Positions 19,958 to 29,327 of a DNA stretch of 64,000 nt are shown piece by piece. The notes beneath the pieces are model-generated. The model saw nothing but the letters and a program-made list of their open reading frames with translations. It was not told the DNA's origin and ran no database searches. Every line of letters begins with the position of its first letter. Position 1 is the stretch's first letter. The position numbers and the translations under genes are program-made. The DNA comes from a virus. The stretch lies in IMG/VR virus record IMGVR_UViG_3300020578_000011; one strand, 5' to 3'.

Positions 19958-20870
19958 TGTTGTCTCCCGTCAACTTCTTAAACTCGCGCATTATAGACTC
20001 AATAGCTGAATCTTCTGACAACATTGATATCGCGGCATCCAAAGATAATTCTCCGTTCTTCTGAGGCTGTCTCTGTGATTCTTTTGATGCTTTCTTCTCA
20101 GGAGCATGTTTGATTTCTACGGGTGTTAACACGGCCATCGCAATTTCATAATCATCTGTTGCGAGTTTTACCGCAATGTCCTTACTCTTAGGTCCTATCC
20201 AAGGAGATAGGGCATCTTCTCTAAATTTTCTAGGAAGATCGTTCTCTCCATATCCATGTGTGCGAATTGTTTCTAATAAATCTTCTAACAAAGATCTTCT
20301 TAAGTCAAAAGGTGGTCGCGGCGGAAGATTTGATTTCCAAGAAGCTAAAATCGCCCTAATTGACGGTTTGTCTTCTTTTGAATTTTTATTTTCTTCTCTC
20401 TCCTCTCTATTCTTATTCTCTTTATTCTTATTAGAGGCTGCTTTTTCAGCCCAGTACTGGGCGTCTTTTTCATCCCTGTACTGGGCTGCTTTTTCAGCCC
20501 ACTGAAAATTATTAGACTTTTTATCATCTCCTAGCATCTCTAAAATCTTAGAGTCTTGAATATAATAGAAATTTTTTGAAGGAAGACCTTTTTTCACTAT
20601 ATGAACAAGATTCATGGTCTGAAGTAGTTTGGTAGCTTGCTGTCTCATTTCCTTAGATAGATTAAGATCCATTTCTATTTGATCAGAAAGAACAAAAAAA
20701 CCGCCATCTGAATCTAATTCATTATGGTTTTTAAAATAGTCTCTTCTTGAAAGAAGATCGGCTAATAAAAGAGCTGCGTCATTACTTTTTAATAATTTTG
20801 CTATTTTTTTATTAACCATCCAAAAAGCACCTTGATTTAAGGTGCTTGTTACAATATTAAAATCAATCAT
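19950..20870 (-). CDS. Phage replication initiator (lambda O/RepA_N-like winged helix)
   Basis: N-terminal NKKIAKLL..DAALLLADLL...GFF.LS.QIE.DL.LS...QQATKLL....V...KGLPSKNFYYI, then a repeat-bearing linker and an NKNKENKN tract. Lies between primase and helicase. Confidence 0.75.
   Translation of the reverse strand: MIDFNIVTSTLNQGAFWMVNKKIAKLLKSNDAALLLADLLSRRDYFKNHNELDSDGGFFVLSDQIEMDLNLSKEMRQQATKLLQTMNLVHIVKKGLPSKNFYYIQDSKILEMLGDDKKSNNFQWAEKAAQYRDEKDAQYWAEKAASNKNKENKNREEREENKNSKEDKPSIRAILASWKSNLPPRPPFDLRRSLLEDLLETIRTHGYGENDLPRKFREDALSPWIGPKSKDIAVKLATDDYEIAMAVLTPVEIKHAPEKKASKESQRQPQKNGELSLDAAISMLSEDSAIESIMREFKKLTGDNND
20437..20504. repeat. Three 24-bp iteron-like repeats; putative replication origin
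   Basis: gctgctttttcagcccagtactgg / gcgtctttttcatccctgtactgg / gctgctttttcagcccactg inside the initiator gene, next to a strand-asymmetric AT-rich tract at about 20375-20433. Confidence 0.7.
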
Positions 20871-20878
20871 AAAAACCT

Positions 20879-21766
20879 CTATGATCTTTTAACTTTTTCT
20901 AAAAAGAATTTAGCTAATTCTTCTTCGCCATTTTTTAAAAGATCGTTCCAATCTTTGTTATCTTCATCAATTAAAGCATAATGAGTACAGCAATTTTTAT
21001 TTCTCATTTTATCAAGCATTTTAAAACCAGCTTGATCACTATCGGGTGCGGCAATTACCTTATAACCAAGGTTTATAAGTTCTTTAAGTTTATCTGATTG
21101 ATGTTCACTTAATCCAGAGCCACTTGTAGCTATACATTTAAAAGGATTTTTTAAAAAACCACCATATAATTGGTTTAATGACTGCTGAAGACTTATTGAA
21201 TTAAAAGCACCTTCGGTGATAACTATAGCTTTTATATTTGACAAAAACTGTCCTTGATTCCAACCATAAAAAAGATAACCGAGTCTTGTGCCTGGTAATG
21301 TTGTTATTTTTACCTCACTACCATCTTCCATTGTCCATGGAGATATTAAACGTATTTGTGCGCCTACAAAAGTGTTTTCATAATAATATGGAAAAACTAT
21401 TCCATTCCATTCTTTATCATAATAAAGATCATTTGTAGGTTTAATTTTTCTCTTATTAAGATAAATTAAACCGTCATTTGATGACGGATCTGATAGACTA
21501 ACAAATCTTTTTGGCCACGAAATAGCATTAACTTCGTTGTTGCCAGCTTCTTCGAAATTTAGATCTGCTTTTAATAGCTCTGATAAAGAAACGCCAGAAA
21601 CATGACAATACTCAAATATAGAGTAGCCTCTTTGACATACGCCTTGACACCACACCCATATTTCTTGAGTGTCTTTGTCTTTATGCCAATAAAGAGTTCT
21701 GTTGGCGTTTTTCTTATGAGCCTTGCAGATCAGACATATTCGTCCGAGTCTTGCAAGATTTTCCAT
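20879..21766 (-). CDS. DNA primase (Zn-binding + TOPRIM)
   Basis: CLIC...WCQGVC zinc domain, IVFPYY, ITEG and DSD TOPRIM motifs, and KDWND. Confidence 0.85.
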   Translation of the reverse strand: MENLARLGRICLICKAHKKNANRTLYWHKDKDTQEIWVWCQGVCQRGYSIFEYCHVSGVSLSELLKADLNFEEAGNNEVNAISWPKRFVSLSDPSSNDGLIYLNKRKIKPTNDLYYDKEWNGIVFPYYYENTFVGAQIRLISPWTMEDGSEVKITTLPGTRLGYLFYGWNQGQFLSNIKAIVITEGAFNSISLQQSLNQLYGGFLKNPFKCIATSGSGLSEHQSDKLKELINLGYKVIAAPDSDQAGFKMLDKMRNKNCCTHYALIDEDNKDWNDLLKNGEEELAKFFLEKVKRS

Positions 21767-21960
21767 TATTTATTCTCTTCTTGAGTCTGAGAGATTTCTT
21801 CTTGCTTGCCTGTTTTTAGATTTGTAATTAAGATTCGAACACATCCAGTGTTTTTGTCCATAGCTTGAAGTTCGATTTTATATTCATCGCCAATGAAAAA
21901 TGGACGACGCTTACTTAGCCACCAGTACATTGCGGTTTCTATTTTACGATCTGTAGACAT
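21766..21960 (-). CDS. Hypothetical protein (64 aa)
   Basis: GGAGG RBS upstream; translationally coupled to primase. Confidence 0.7.
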   Translation of the reverse strand: MSTDRKIETAMYWWLSKRRPFFIGDEYKIELQAMDKNTGCVRILITNLKTGKQEEISQTQEENK

Positions 21961-21993
21961 TTCGTATAACCTCCATTATAAAAACATAATTAA

Positions 21994-22002
21994 ATTATAC
22001 CA
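21994..22002 (-). promoter_or_regulatory. Extended -10 promoter (TGGTATAAT) for the minus-strand replication operon
   Basis: Perfect TGnTATAAT in the divergent gap, with TTCTCA at the -35 position. Confidence 0.6.
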
Positions 22003-22015
22003 CGAGATTTAATCC

Positions 22016-23419
22016 ATGAGAATAGAAATCCTTAATCATGTAATAAGGATAGACGATCCAGATAAAGAAATAGAATCGGATTTAATTAAAAAATTAACCT
22101 ATACAGATAAGTCAAAACAATATCAAATAAAAAAAATGCAAAAAAATCCATTTTCAATAAAATCTAAACTTTATCAAAAGTTAATAAATGAAGTTAATGG
22201 ATCTTTAATTGAAAAAGTTGATAATACTATTTTTGTCCCATCTGGTTTTGCTAAATATGTTATTGACTTAGTATCTAAAATTAAATCTGTTGAAATTATT
22301 GATTCAAGATACGAAACAGGTTCAAACATTGCCCTACCGTGGGCAAGTGGTTCTTATTTACTTGAATTGAGAGATTATCAAAAAGAAGCCATCGACATAG
22401 CAGTATCAAATTGGCGAGGCATAATAAACTTTGCAACAGGTCTTGGAAAAACTAAAACAGCAATATCTTTAATACGAACACTAAAAAAAAAGACACTTAT
22501 AATATGTCCATCAAACTCTGTTGCAAATCAATTTAAAGACGAATTAATTCTTGCATTTGGTCAGAATAGAATTGGTTTTATAGGCGATAGTAAATTTAAA
22601 CCTTCAGATATAACCGTATGTATAGCTGCATCTGCTAATAATCACATAGATAAAATAAAGAAATTTGATTTAGGTTTAGTTATATTTGACGAATGTCATC
22701 ATTGTCCTGCCAATACCTTTTATTCTATATCACAGGGATTGTCGCATGTTGGACGTATGTACGGATTAACTGCCACTTCTTTTAGATCTGATGGTAAAGA
22801 TGTCATGATAACAGCAGATTGTGGAGACATATTGGTTAAAAGAGATGCAGCATGGGGAATTGCAAATAACTGGTTAGCTCAACCATATTTTATAGTTAGA
22901 AAAGTAAATACAACAGGTTTTGATTTTAAAGATGACAAATTAAAATCATATAAAAATCATGTTTTAAATTCAAAAGAAATGACATCAAGAATAGAATCAG
23001 ATGCTAAAAACTTTATACAAGCAAACAAATCAGTACTTATATTAGTAGATGAGGTTGAGCATGGAGAATCTTTATCAAAAGCTCTAAAAATTCCTTTTGC
23101 TCAAGGTGAAGATAAACAATCAAATGAATATGTCGATCAATTAAACAAAGGTCTTATTCCTGGTCTTGTTGGAACAGATGGAAAAATATCAGAAGGAACA
23201 GATACTAGAAATGTAGATATTCTTATATTAGCTAATTTTAGTGCATCTAAAGGAGCCGTTTTACAAGCCGTAGGTAGAGGTCTGAGAAAAACAGATACAA
23301 AAAATCATGTTATAATTTTAGATTATATCCCAGCTGGATCTACTATGTTAAGTAGACATGCTAATCAACGTATTTCTTTTTATCAAGAAATTACGTCTAA
23401 TATAAAATTGGTAGAATAA
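22016..23419 (+). CDS. SF2 DExH helicase (UvsW-like)
   Basis: LRDYQ, ATGLGKT, DECH, GLTAT, EGTD and QAVGRGLR motifs. Confidence 0.9.
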   Translation: MRIEILNHVIRIDDPDKEIESDLIKKLTYTDKSKQYQIKKMQKNPFSIKSKLYQKLINEVNGSLIEKVDNTIFVPSGFAKYVIDLVSKIKSVEIIDSRYETGSNIALPWASGSYLLELRDYQKEAIDIAVSNWRGIINFATGLGKTKTAISLIRTLKKKTLIICPSNSVANQFKDELILAFGQNRIGFIGDSKFKPSDITVCIAASANNHIDKIKKFDLGLVIFDECHHCPANTFYSISQGLSHVGRMYGLTATSFRSDGKDVMITADCGDILVKRDAAWGIANNWLAQPYFIVRKVNTTGFDFKDDKLKSYKNHVLNSKEMTSRIESDAKNFIQANKSVLILVDEVEHGESLSKALKIPFAQGEDKQSNEYVDQLNKGLIPGLVGTDGKISEGTDTRNVDILILANFSASKGAVLQAVGRGLRKTDTKNHVIILDYIPAGSTMLSRHANQRISFYQEITSNIKLVE

Positions 23420-23423
23420 CATT

Positions 23424-23670
23424 TATCAAGATACATCCCTCTTGGTGGCTTCCGTCGTCTTGGAGCTAGAAAAAAATGTTAGAGACATGGGGCATCGGTG
23501 CTCCAATGAAAGCTGATAGGTTATGTGTGTTCTGGTCTTTTCATCGCAAGATCCGTTGGCTTGGATATGTTTTAGGACCTTGTTATGGGTTTGGTCAGGC
23601 TTAAAAGCGGACCTCAGACGCAGCAACCGAGCACAAATAGAAAAGACGTGCACACAAGGGTAAGTGTATA
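23424..23670 (+). ncRNA. Candidate structured ncRNA, 6S-like rod
   Basis: About 45% GC intergenic island downstream of TGGTAGAAT (23409-23417). Nested 5'/3' helices enclose a central asymmetric bulge (see findings). Confidence 0.5.
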
Positions 23671-23703
23671 AAATGCCCATTATATTTACTTAGGAGATTT
23701 TAA

Positions 23704-24132
23704 ATGAATCCAGAAAACAAATGTGCTAAACTTTGGAATCAAGAAGTCCCTAAATTAGAACACGATCAACAATCTTTAAATAAGATTTTTGAAATGCAAA
23801 AATCTCTACAACTTCGTCTTGGTCAAGATTTTTCTAAAATGACTCTTCATGAAAAAGTATCTTTAATAAAGGACAATTGGACTTCTTTAACATCAGAATA
23901 TGTTGAATTATTAGAACGTCTTCCATGGAAAGCATGGAAAAAATACTCTGATGAACAAAAAACAGATTGGATTTCCGAAGAACAAAAATTAGAAACATAT
24001 TATGAAGTATGCGATATGATGCATTTTATGATAAATATTTGTTTATTAGTAGGCGTAGATGCAGATACAATGTGGAAGCTTTACTATACAAAGAATGCAG
24101 AAAATTTTGCTAGACAAGACAGAGGTTATTAA
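23704..24132 (+). CDS. All-alpha dimeric dUTPase/dCTPase (MazG-like fold)
   Basis: SEYVELL..LPWK.WK, E..D..HF and KNAENFARQDRGY motifs; AGGAG RBS. Confidence 0.85.
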   Translation: MNPENKCAKLWNQEVPKLEHDQQSLNKIFEMQKSLQLRLGQDFSKMTLHEKVSLIKDNWTSLTSEYVELLERLPWKAWKKYSDEQKTDWISEEQKLETYYEVCDMMHFMINICLLVGVDADTMWKLYYTKNAENFARQDRGY

Positions 24133-24156
24133 TTTTTACTTTATTGAGGTAAATGA

Positions 24157-24870
24157 ATGTCTTGTCTTTTTAATTCATCAATTAAAATATTTAACACAGA
24201 TCCTATGGACAATTCTTCTATATGGCCTCATTCAGTTGAAATCTGCATAACTAGAGTACCTATAAGAAAAAGAGATGGGTATTCAGTAGATTTTATGAAA
24301 AATTTAGCCAATAAATTAAAAAATTCTATGGCACCAAATGGAATAGTTTTTCTTATATGCTACGCTCCGATGGAATGTAAATTTAGACCTTTTGAAATTG
24401 GAAGCGAAATGGCAAAAGTTGGTTTTAATCATATTGATAATATTGTTATAGAAAAAACTTGGTTACCTGGAAAAAGATCAGAAAATAATTTAGTAAATTC
24501 TCATGATTATGTTTTGTTTTTTTGTAATGGTGATGTTTGGAAGATAGACAGATCTCCAATAAAACAATATTTAATGCTAGATGACTCAACTTCCTGTGTT
24601 GGGAATACGTGGCTGGTCGAAACAGGATCTTTAGATGAAAGTTGCTCAGATGATCTCGCTACTTTGCTAATTAGAATGTCAGATCTTCTTCCAGGCAGTT
24701 CTGTTTTTGATCCATTTATGGGCAATTCTGCAATATTAAAAGCCTGTCTTACAATGGGTCATTCTTTAATTGGATTTGAAACTGATAAAAGAAAAACAAA
24801 ACAATATCAAAAAATAGTTGATGATTTTAAGAGAAAGGAACAAGATGCTATACGTGAAGTCCAAGACTAA
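24157..24870 (+). CDS. DNA N4/N6 methyltransferase-like protein with degenerate catalytic motif
   Basis: Beta-class order. IVIEK...NSHDYVLFF and the SAM motif VFDPFMG are present, but motif IV reads ITRVP instead of (D/S)PPY. Confidence 0.65.
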   Translation: MSCLFNSSIKIFNTDPMDNSSIWPHSVEICITRVPIRKRDGYSVDFMKNLANKLKNSMAPNGIVFLICYAPMECKFRPFEIGSEMAKVGFNHIDNIVIEKTWLPGKRSENNLVNSHDYVLFFCNGDVWKIDRSPIKQYLMLDDSTSCVGNTWLVETGSLDESCSDDLATLLIRMSDLLPGSSVFDPFMGNSAILKACLTMGHSLIGFETDKRKTKQYQKIVDDFKRKEQDAIREVQD

Positions 24871-26545
24871 GGATATTATTTCTTCATCAAATGATCTAGA
24901 AAAAATAGTTTTAGAAACTATTTCTAAAATAGCAGAAATAGCTGGAAGAACCTTAGGACCAGGAGGAAGACCAGTCTTGATTGAAAGAGAAGGTCTTCCT
25001 CCTCTAGTGACCAAGGATGGAGTAACTGTTGTTAAAGCATTAGGATTGCCTAGTGCTTCTCATAATATAGTTTTAGATACATGTAAAGAAATCTCTTTAA
25101 ATACAGCAAGAGATGCGGGAGATGGTACTACAACTGCAATTGTTTTAGCTGATGCATTAGTTAAAGCTGGCAAGCAATTTATGAAAGAAAACCCTAAATA
25201 TAATCCCCAGAGATTTGTAAATGAATTAAAAGAATGTTATAAAAAAGTAGTTATTCCATATTTAAAAAATGTAGCAATATCTGTTAAAGACGAAGATCTT
25301 AAAAAGGTCGCGATGATCTCTGCAAACGGAGATGATGAGATTGCAGACGTTGTTGTTAAAGCAGTATTGGCAGCTGGAGACGATGGGACAGTCTTAATAC
25401 AAGAAGATCAAGGCGGAGGGATGAGAGTAGAGACAATAGATGGATATATAGTAACATCTGGCCTTCGTGATGTTGGTTCTATTGGTACTTCTTTTATAAA
25501 CGACAGAGCAGGACAACGAGTAAGAATGGATGAGGGTCTCGTTGTCTTGTTTGATGGAACATTAAATGACTTAGTTCTTCCTGCAGCAATTCAAACAGCT
25601 ATAGAAAATGATCCATCTTATTTTGGAAGGCCAATAATAGTAATGGCTCATGGTTTTGCCGATCCTGTTATTGAGAAGTTTTTAGTTACATCAAAAGGCG
25701 GGGTTTCAGTTGTTCCCGTAATAGTTCCAAAATCTTCATTGGCAAATTCAAGAACAATGTTTTTATTTGACATGGCAGCGTATACGTCGGCCATGGTTAT
25801 GAATCCCGCAACTGCTAATTCATTTGATGTAAATAATTTTGGACACTTTACATCTGCTCGTATAAATACTTATGAAACATTTTTACAATGTGATTCTGAT
25901 TCTGAACTTCTTGAAAATAGAGTAAATGAATTAAAAGCCATATTAAATGATGCACACTCAGAGCATGATAGGTCTCATTTAAGGGCATCTATTGGCAAAT
26001 TAACAGGTGGAATATCAACTGTATGGGTAGGAGGAATGACCGATGCAGAAGTTAGAGAAAGAAGAGATCGTGTTCAAGATGCTGTCGAAGCTGTTAGATC
26101 AGCCGTCGCAGAAGGAATTGTCGCTGGAGGAGCAGGTACGCATTTGGGGATTGTGGTGTGTATTTCTTCGATTAAAGATAGACCCAATTCCTGGAATGTA
26201 ATGAGTCAAGCTTTGATGGCTCCATTTAAATTACTCATGCAAAATTGCGGAGAAGAAGATCAACTTGAAAAAGCTATAGAAAAAATAAAACAAAACATGG
26301 ACTCTCAATGCAAGCCTTCTATTATCTTTGACGCCTCTGATCATAAATATACAAATCCGTATTCTTCGGGGATAATAGAGCCTGCAAAAGTTCACCGTGT
26401 GGCAATTGGAAATGCTATATCTGTGGCGTCTTTGCTTACAACACTAGGTGGATTGGTAGTCTCTCCTAGAGATTATAATTTGGAAACTCAATTAGAAGTA
26501 TCTAGAGCAGCTTTTAAAGACATGATTTCAGATACTGGAGAATAA
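24845..26545 (+). CDS. groEL: Phage-encoded group I chaperonin GroEL
   Basis: TLGPGGR, VTKDGVTV, AGDGTTTA, ISANGD and AVAEGIVAGG motifs. Start moved to ATG 24845 after the AAGGA RBS. Confidence 0.95.
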   Translation: MLYVKSKTKDIISSSNDLEKIVLETISKIAEIAGRTLGPGGRPVLIEREGLPPLVTKDGVTVVKALGLPSASHNIVLDTCKEISLNTARDAGDGTTTAIVLADALVKAGKQFMKENPKYNPQRFVNELKECYKKVVIPYLKNVAISVKDEDLKKVAMISANGDDEIADVVVKAVLAAGDDGTVLIQEDQGGGMRVETIDGYIVTSGLRDVGSIGTSFINDRAGQRVRMDEGLVVLFDGTLNDLVLPAAIQTAIENDPSYFGRPIIVMAHGFADPVIEKFLVTSKGGVSVVPVIVPKSSLANSRTMFLFDMAAYTSAMVMNPATANSFDVNNFGHFTSARINTYETFLQCDSDSELLENRVNELKAILNDAHSEHDRSHLRASIGKLTGGISTVWVGGMTDAEVRERRDRVQDAVEAVRSAVAEGIVAGGAGTHLGIVVCISSIKDRPNSWNVMSQALMAPFKLLMQNCGEEDQLEKAIEKIKQNMDSQCKPSIIFDASDHKYTNPYSSGIIEPAKVHRVAIGNAISVASLLTTLGGLVVSPRDYNLETQLEVSRAAFKDMISDTGE

Positions 26546-26546
26546 A

Positions 26547-27233
26547 ATGACATTAGAATTTTTAAAATATATATTATCAAATCAATACATAAGATCTGCT
26601 TTATTGGTATTTTCTGGCATCCTAATTGGATTAGCTTTTTATCCATCTAATGATAAAGTGGTTGAACTTGAATCTAAACTTTTACAAAAACAAACAGAAA
26701 TAGCAAATCTTAAAATAGTAAATCAAGAAAAATTAGATGAATTAGAATCAAAACATAGACAAATAGAAACAATGTCTCAAGAAAGAATAAGAACATTAGA
26801 ATCAGAAAATCAAAAATTAATAAAGAAAAAAAGATTCAAAAAAGTAGTAACTACTTTACCAGATGGTACTAAAAAAGAAGAAATTATAATAATAACAGAT
26901 GAAATTGAAATAACAGAAAAACTTAAAAAATTAGAACAAGATTTATTTGAGAAACATCAAGAAGAGGTTTTTGTTTTAAAATCAAAACATAGACAAGCTA
27001 TTTCTGAATTAAATAAATCGCATAGAAAAGAACTAGAAAAAAATATAGAAGAAAAAAATAAACAAATATCATCTTCTAAAAAAATAGGTCTTGGTTTGAG
27101 ATATTCTTCTGATAATGCAATTGGTGGACACGTTCATTATCATGTGCTTGGTAATATATTCATGATGTCTGGACTTGATCTTGTTGATAAAACAAAACTT
27201 AGATATTCAATAGGTGTGGGATTGAGTTTATAA
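26547..27233 (+). CDS. Membrane-anchored coiled-coil protein with C-terminal amphipathic beta strands (spanin-like?)
   Basis: N-terminal TM, a long coiled coil, and a C-terminal strand YSIGVGLSL. Confidence 0.5.
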   Translation: MTLEFLKYILSNQYIRSALLVFSGILIGLAFYPSNDKVVELESKLLQKQTEIANLKIVNQEKLDELESKHRQIETMSQERIRTLESENQKLIKKKRFKKVVTTLPDGTKKEEIIIITDEIEITEKLKKLEQDLFEKHQEEVFVLKSKHRQAISELNKSHRKELEKNIEEKNKQISSSKKIGLGLRYSSDNAIGGHVHYHVLGNIFMMSGLDLVDKTKLRYSIGVGLSL

Positions 27234-27580
27234 TGCCTAAGTACACATATAAATGTGATGATTGTAAAAATAAAAAACAATTATATAAAAAATCTAATGT
27301 TCTAAATATAGAATGCAACTGCGGAGGTCTTATGAACAGAGATGTTCCTATGACAACCTCTGCTTCTGTTAAAGAAAAAATAGATGATTATACAAATATA
27401 TCAGTAGATCCAAATAATAAAGAAATACTTAACGAAAGATCTTTAGAGCACTTTTGGACTGTGTTGGTTCCAAGGCTATGCCAAGAGCATTCAATGGAAC
27501 ATTGTTTAAAAGAAGGATGGATGTATATAGACGAAAAAGGTCATGTTCAAATGCATACAAAACCTCCCCATAGGAGATGA
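27233..27580 (+). CDS. FmdB-family zinc ribbon protein
   Basis: MPKYTYKCDDC...CNCGG.M.R motif. Confidence 0.75.
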   Translation: MPKYTYKCDDCKNKKQLYKKSNVLNIECNCGGLMNRDVPMTTSASVKEKIDDYTNISVDPNNKEILNERSLEHFWTVLVPRLCQEHSMEHCLKEGWMYIDEKGHVQMHTKPPHRR

Positions 27581-27581
27581 T

Positions 27582-29327
27582 ATGCGAATCGTTTCTATTG
27601 ATATTGAAAATTTTTTAAGTATAGAAAAAGCACATATTGACTTTAAAAATAATGGAACTCTTTTAATAGAAGGATGGAATCACGATACAAATTCCGCAAA
27701 TGGAGCAGGTAAGACATCTATTGTTACTGCTATATCTTTTATTTTATATGGCAAATCTCCTAGAATATCTGGATCTGGCTTTGTACGTAAAAACTGTAAA
27801 AATTCAACATGTAGTGCCATATTGCATAAGAAAAATGATATTTATTTTGTTAAAAGAACAAAACCAGGTAGGTTTTTTGCTACAAAAAACAATTTAGAAA
27901 TATCTGAAGAAGAATTTTATAAAGATTTAATTTTAGATTATGATACTTTTTTATTGGTTCAATACTTTGCTCAAGGTCTTGGTCAACGCTTCTTAGATCT
28001 AAATGATACAGATCGTAAGGATCTTTTTATTAGGTTAACTAATTCATATAATTTTTCTAAAATAAAAGAAAACATAGACTTAGAGATAAAAGACTTAAAT
28101 ATAAAAAATAATGATCTTATTATTAAAGAGTCTTCTATATTGGCAAAAATTAATACATATAAAGAATCTGAGCAAAACATTGATGCATTATTGAAAGCAC
28201 AGCAAAAAAATACGACATGCATAGATGAAACTTTGATAAAAATAAAAGATTTAGAAAAAATAAAGAAACCAGATATTTCTAAAATAATAGATCTTCAAAA
28301 CAAAACTCAATTAGAAATTGATAAAATAACTCAAAACAAAGGAGCTTCTCAGCTTCTACGTAGAAAATTAAAACAAATAGAATTAGAACAACCACCAGAA
28401 GACCTGTGCGATGGTATTTGTCCATCTTGTTCGCAGGCAATAGATATAGTTAATGGAGATTTCTACAGACACGATTCCTCGTCCTTTGAGGCAAAAATAA
28501 AATCTTGGAACTTAAATAAAAAAAATAAACTATTAGAAATGACAGAATCTATAAAAGAATTAGAATCTTCATTAAGCAAAGAAGAAGATTATAAAAACAT
28601 AATAGACAAATGCCAAGATAAGATAAAAGAATTAAAAGATAGTTATATTAAAACAGAATCAAGACTTTTAGAATTAAAAAGTTTTATAAAATTAAAATAC
28701 CAAGAACTTGAATCTATTAAGTCATCCATAGATTTTCAAAACAATTTATTAAACAATATTACTAAAAATCAAAATATTTTATTAAAAATATCAGAAGAAA
28801 AAAATGAAACAACAAATAAAATCAATATATTACAGACAGTTTCTCAAATAGTATCGCCAACTGGTATTCAGGCATATATACTTGATTCTGTTGTTGATAC
28901 TTTTAATGATAAAATCAATTCAAATTTACAAGTTTCGTGGCCAAACTGCTCGTATGAGCTTAAAACATTTAAGGAAAACAAATCTGGCTCTGTTGTTGCA
29001 AAAATGTCGGATAATTTAACAATAAACGGCGAATCTATGTCAGTAGGTGCTCTATCAGGAGGAGAGAGAAGAAACCTAGCACTTTCTATAGATCTTGCTT
29101 TATTAGATACTTATATTTCTTATTCTGGATTAGATTTAAATCCAATAATACTAGACGAACCATTTGATCATTTAGATTTTTCAAATAGATCAAGAATATT
29201 CGAGCTTTTGCAAGAGTCTTCAAAGAATAGACAAATAATAGTAATAGACCATTCCTCTGAATTTAAAGCTCTTTTTGATAATATAATAACTGTTTCTAAG
29301 AAAAATGATATATCAACCCTATTGTGA
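27582..29327 (+). CDS. sbcC: SbcC/Rad50 (T4 gp46-like) ATPase
   Basis: NGAGKT, Q-loop, CPSC zinc hook, LSGGE, ILDEPF and IDH motifs. Start at ATG 27582 after the GGAG RBS. Confidence 0.92.
   Translation: MRIVSIDIENFLSIEKAHIDFKNNGTLLIEGWNHDTNSANGAGKTSIVTAISFILYGKSPRISGSGFVRKNCKNSTCSAILHKKNDIYFVKRTKPGRFFATKNNLEISEEEFYKDLILDYDTFLLVQYFAQGLGQRFLDLNDTDRKDLFIRLTNSYNFSKIKENIDLEIKDLNIKNNDLIIKESSILAKINTYKESEQNIDALLKAQQKNTTCIDETLIKIKDLEKIKKPDISKIIDLQNKTQLEIDKITQNKGASQLLRRKLKQIELEQPPEDLCDGICPSCSQAIDIVNGDFYRHDSSSFEAKIKSWNLNKKNKLLEMTESIKELESSLSKEEDYKNIIDKCQDKIKELKDSYIKTESRLLELKSFIKLKYQELESIKSSIDFQNNLLNNITKNQNILLKISEEKNETTNKINILQTVSQIVSPTGIQAYILDSVVDTFNDKINSNLQVSWPNCSYELKTFKENKSGSVVAKMSDNLTINGESMSVGALSGGERRNLALSIDLALLDTYISYSGLDLNPIILDEPFDHLDFSNRSRIFELLQESSKNRQIIVIDHSSEFKALFDNIITVSKKNDISTLL

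Noticed and set aside
23426-23680. 84-aa minus-strand ORF
   Set aside because: No RBS, atypical composition and opposite to the local gene direction. The nested base-pairing and plus-strand promoter explain the region better as RNA, though the ORF is not formally excluded.
23704-24870. Hypermodified-base pathway inferred from the dUTPase, MTase-like and kinase genes
   Set aside because: No thymidylate-synthase-like, glycosyltransferase, PurZ or queuosine-pathway genes in the window, so evidence is insufficient.
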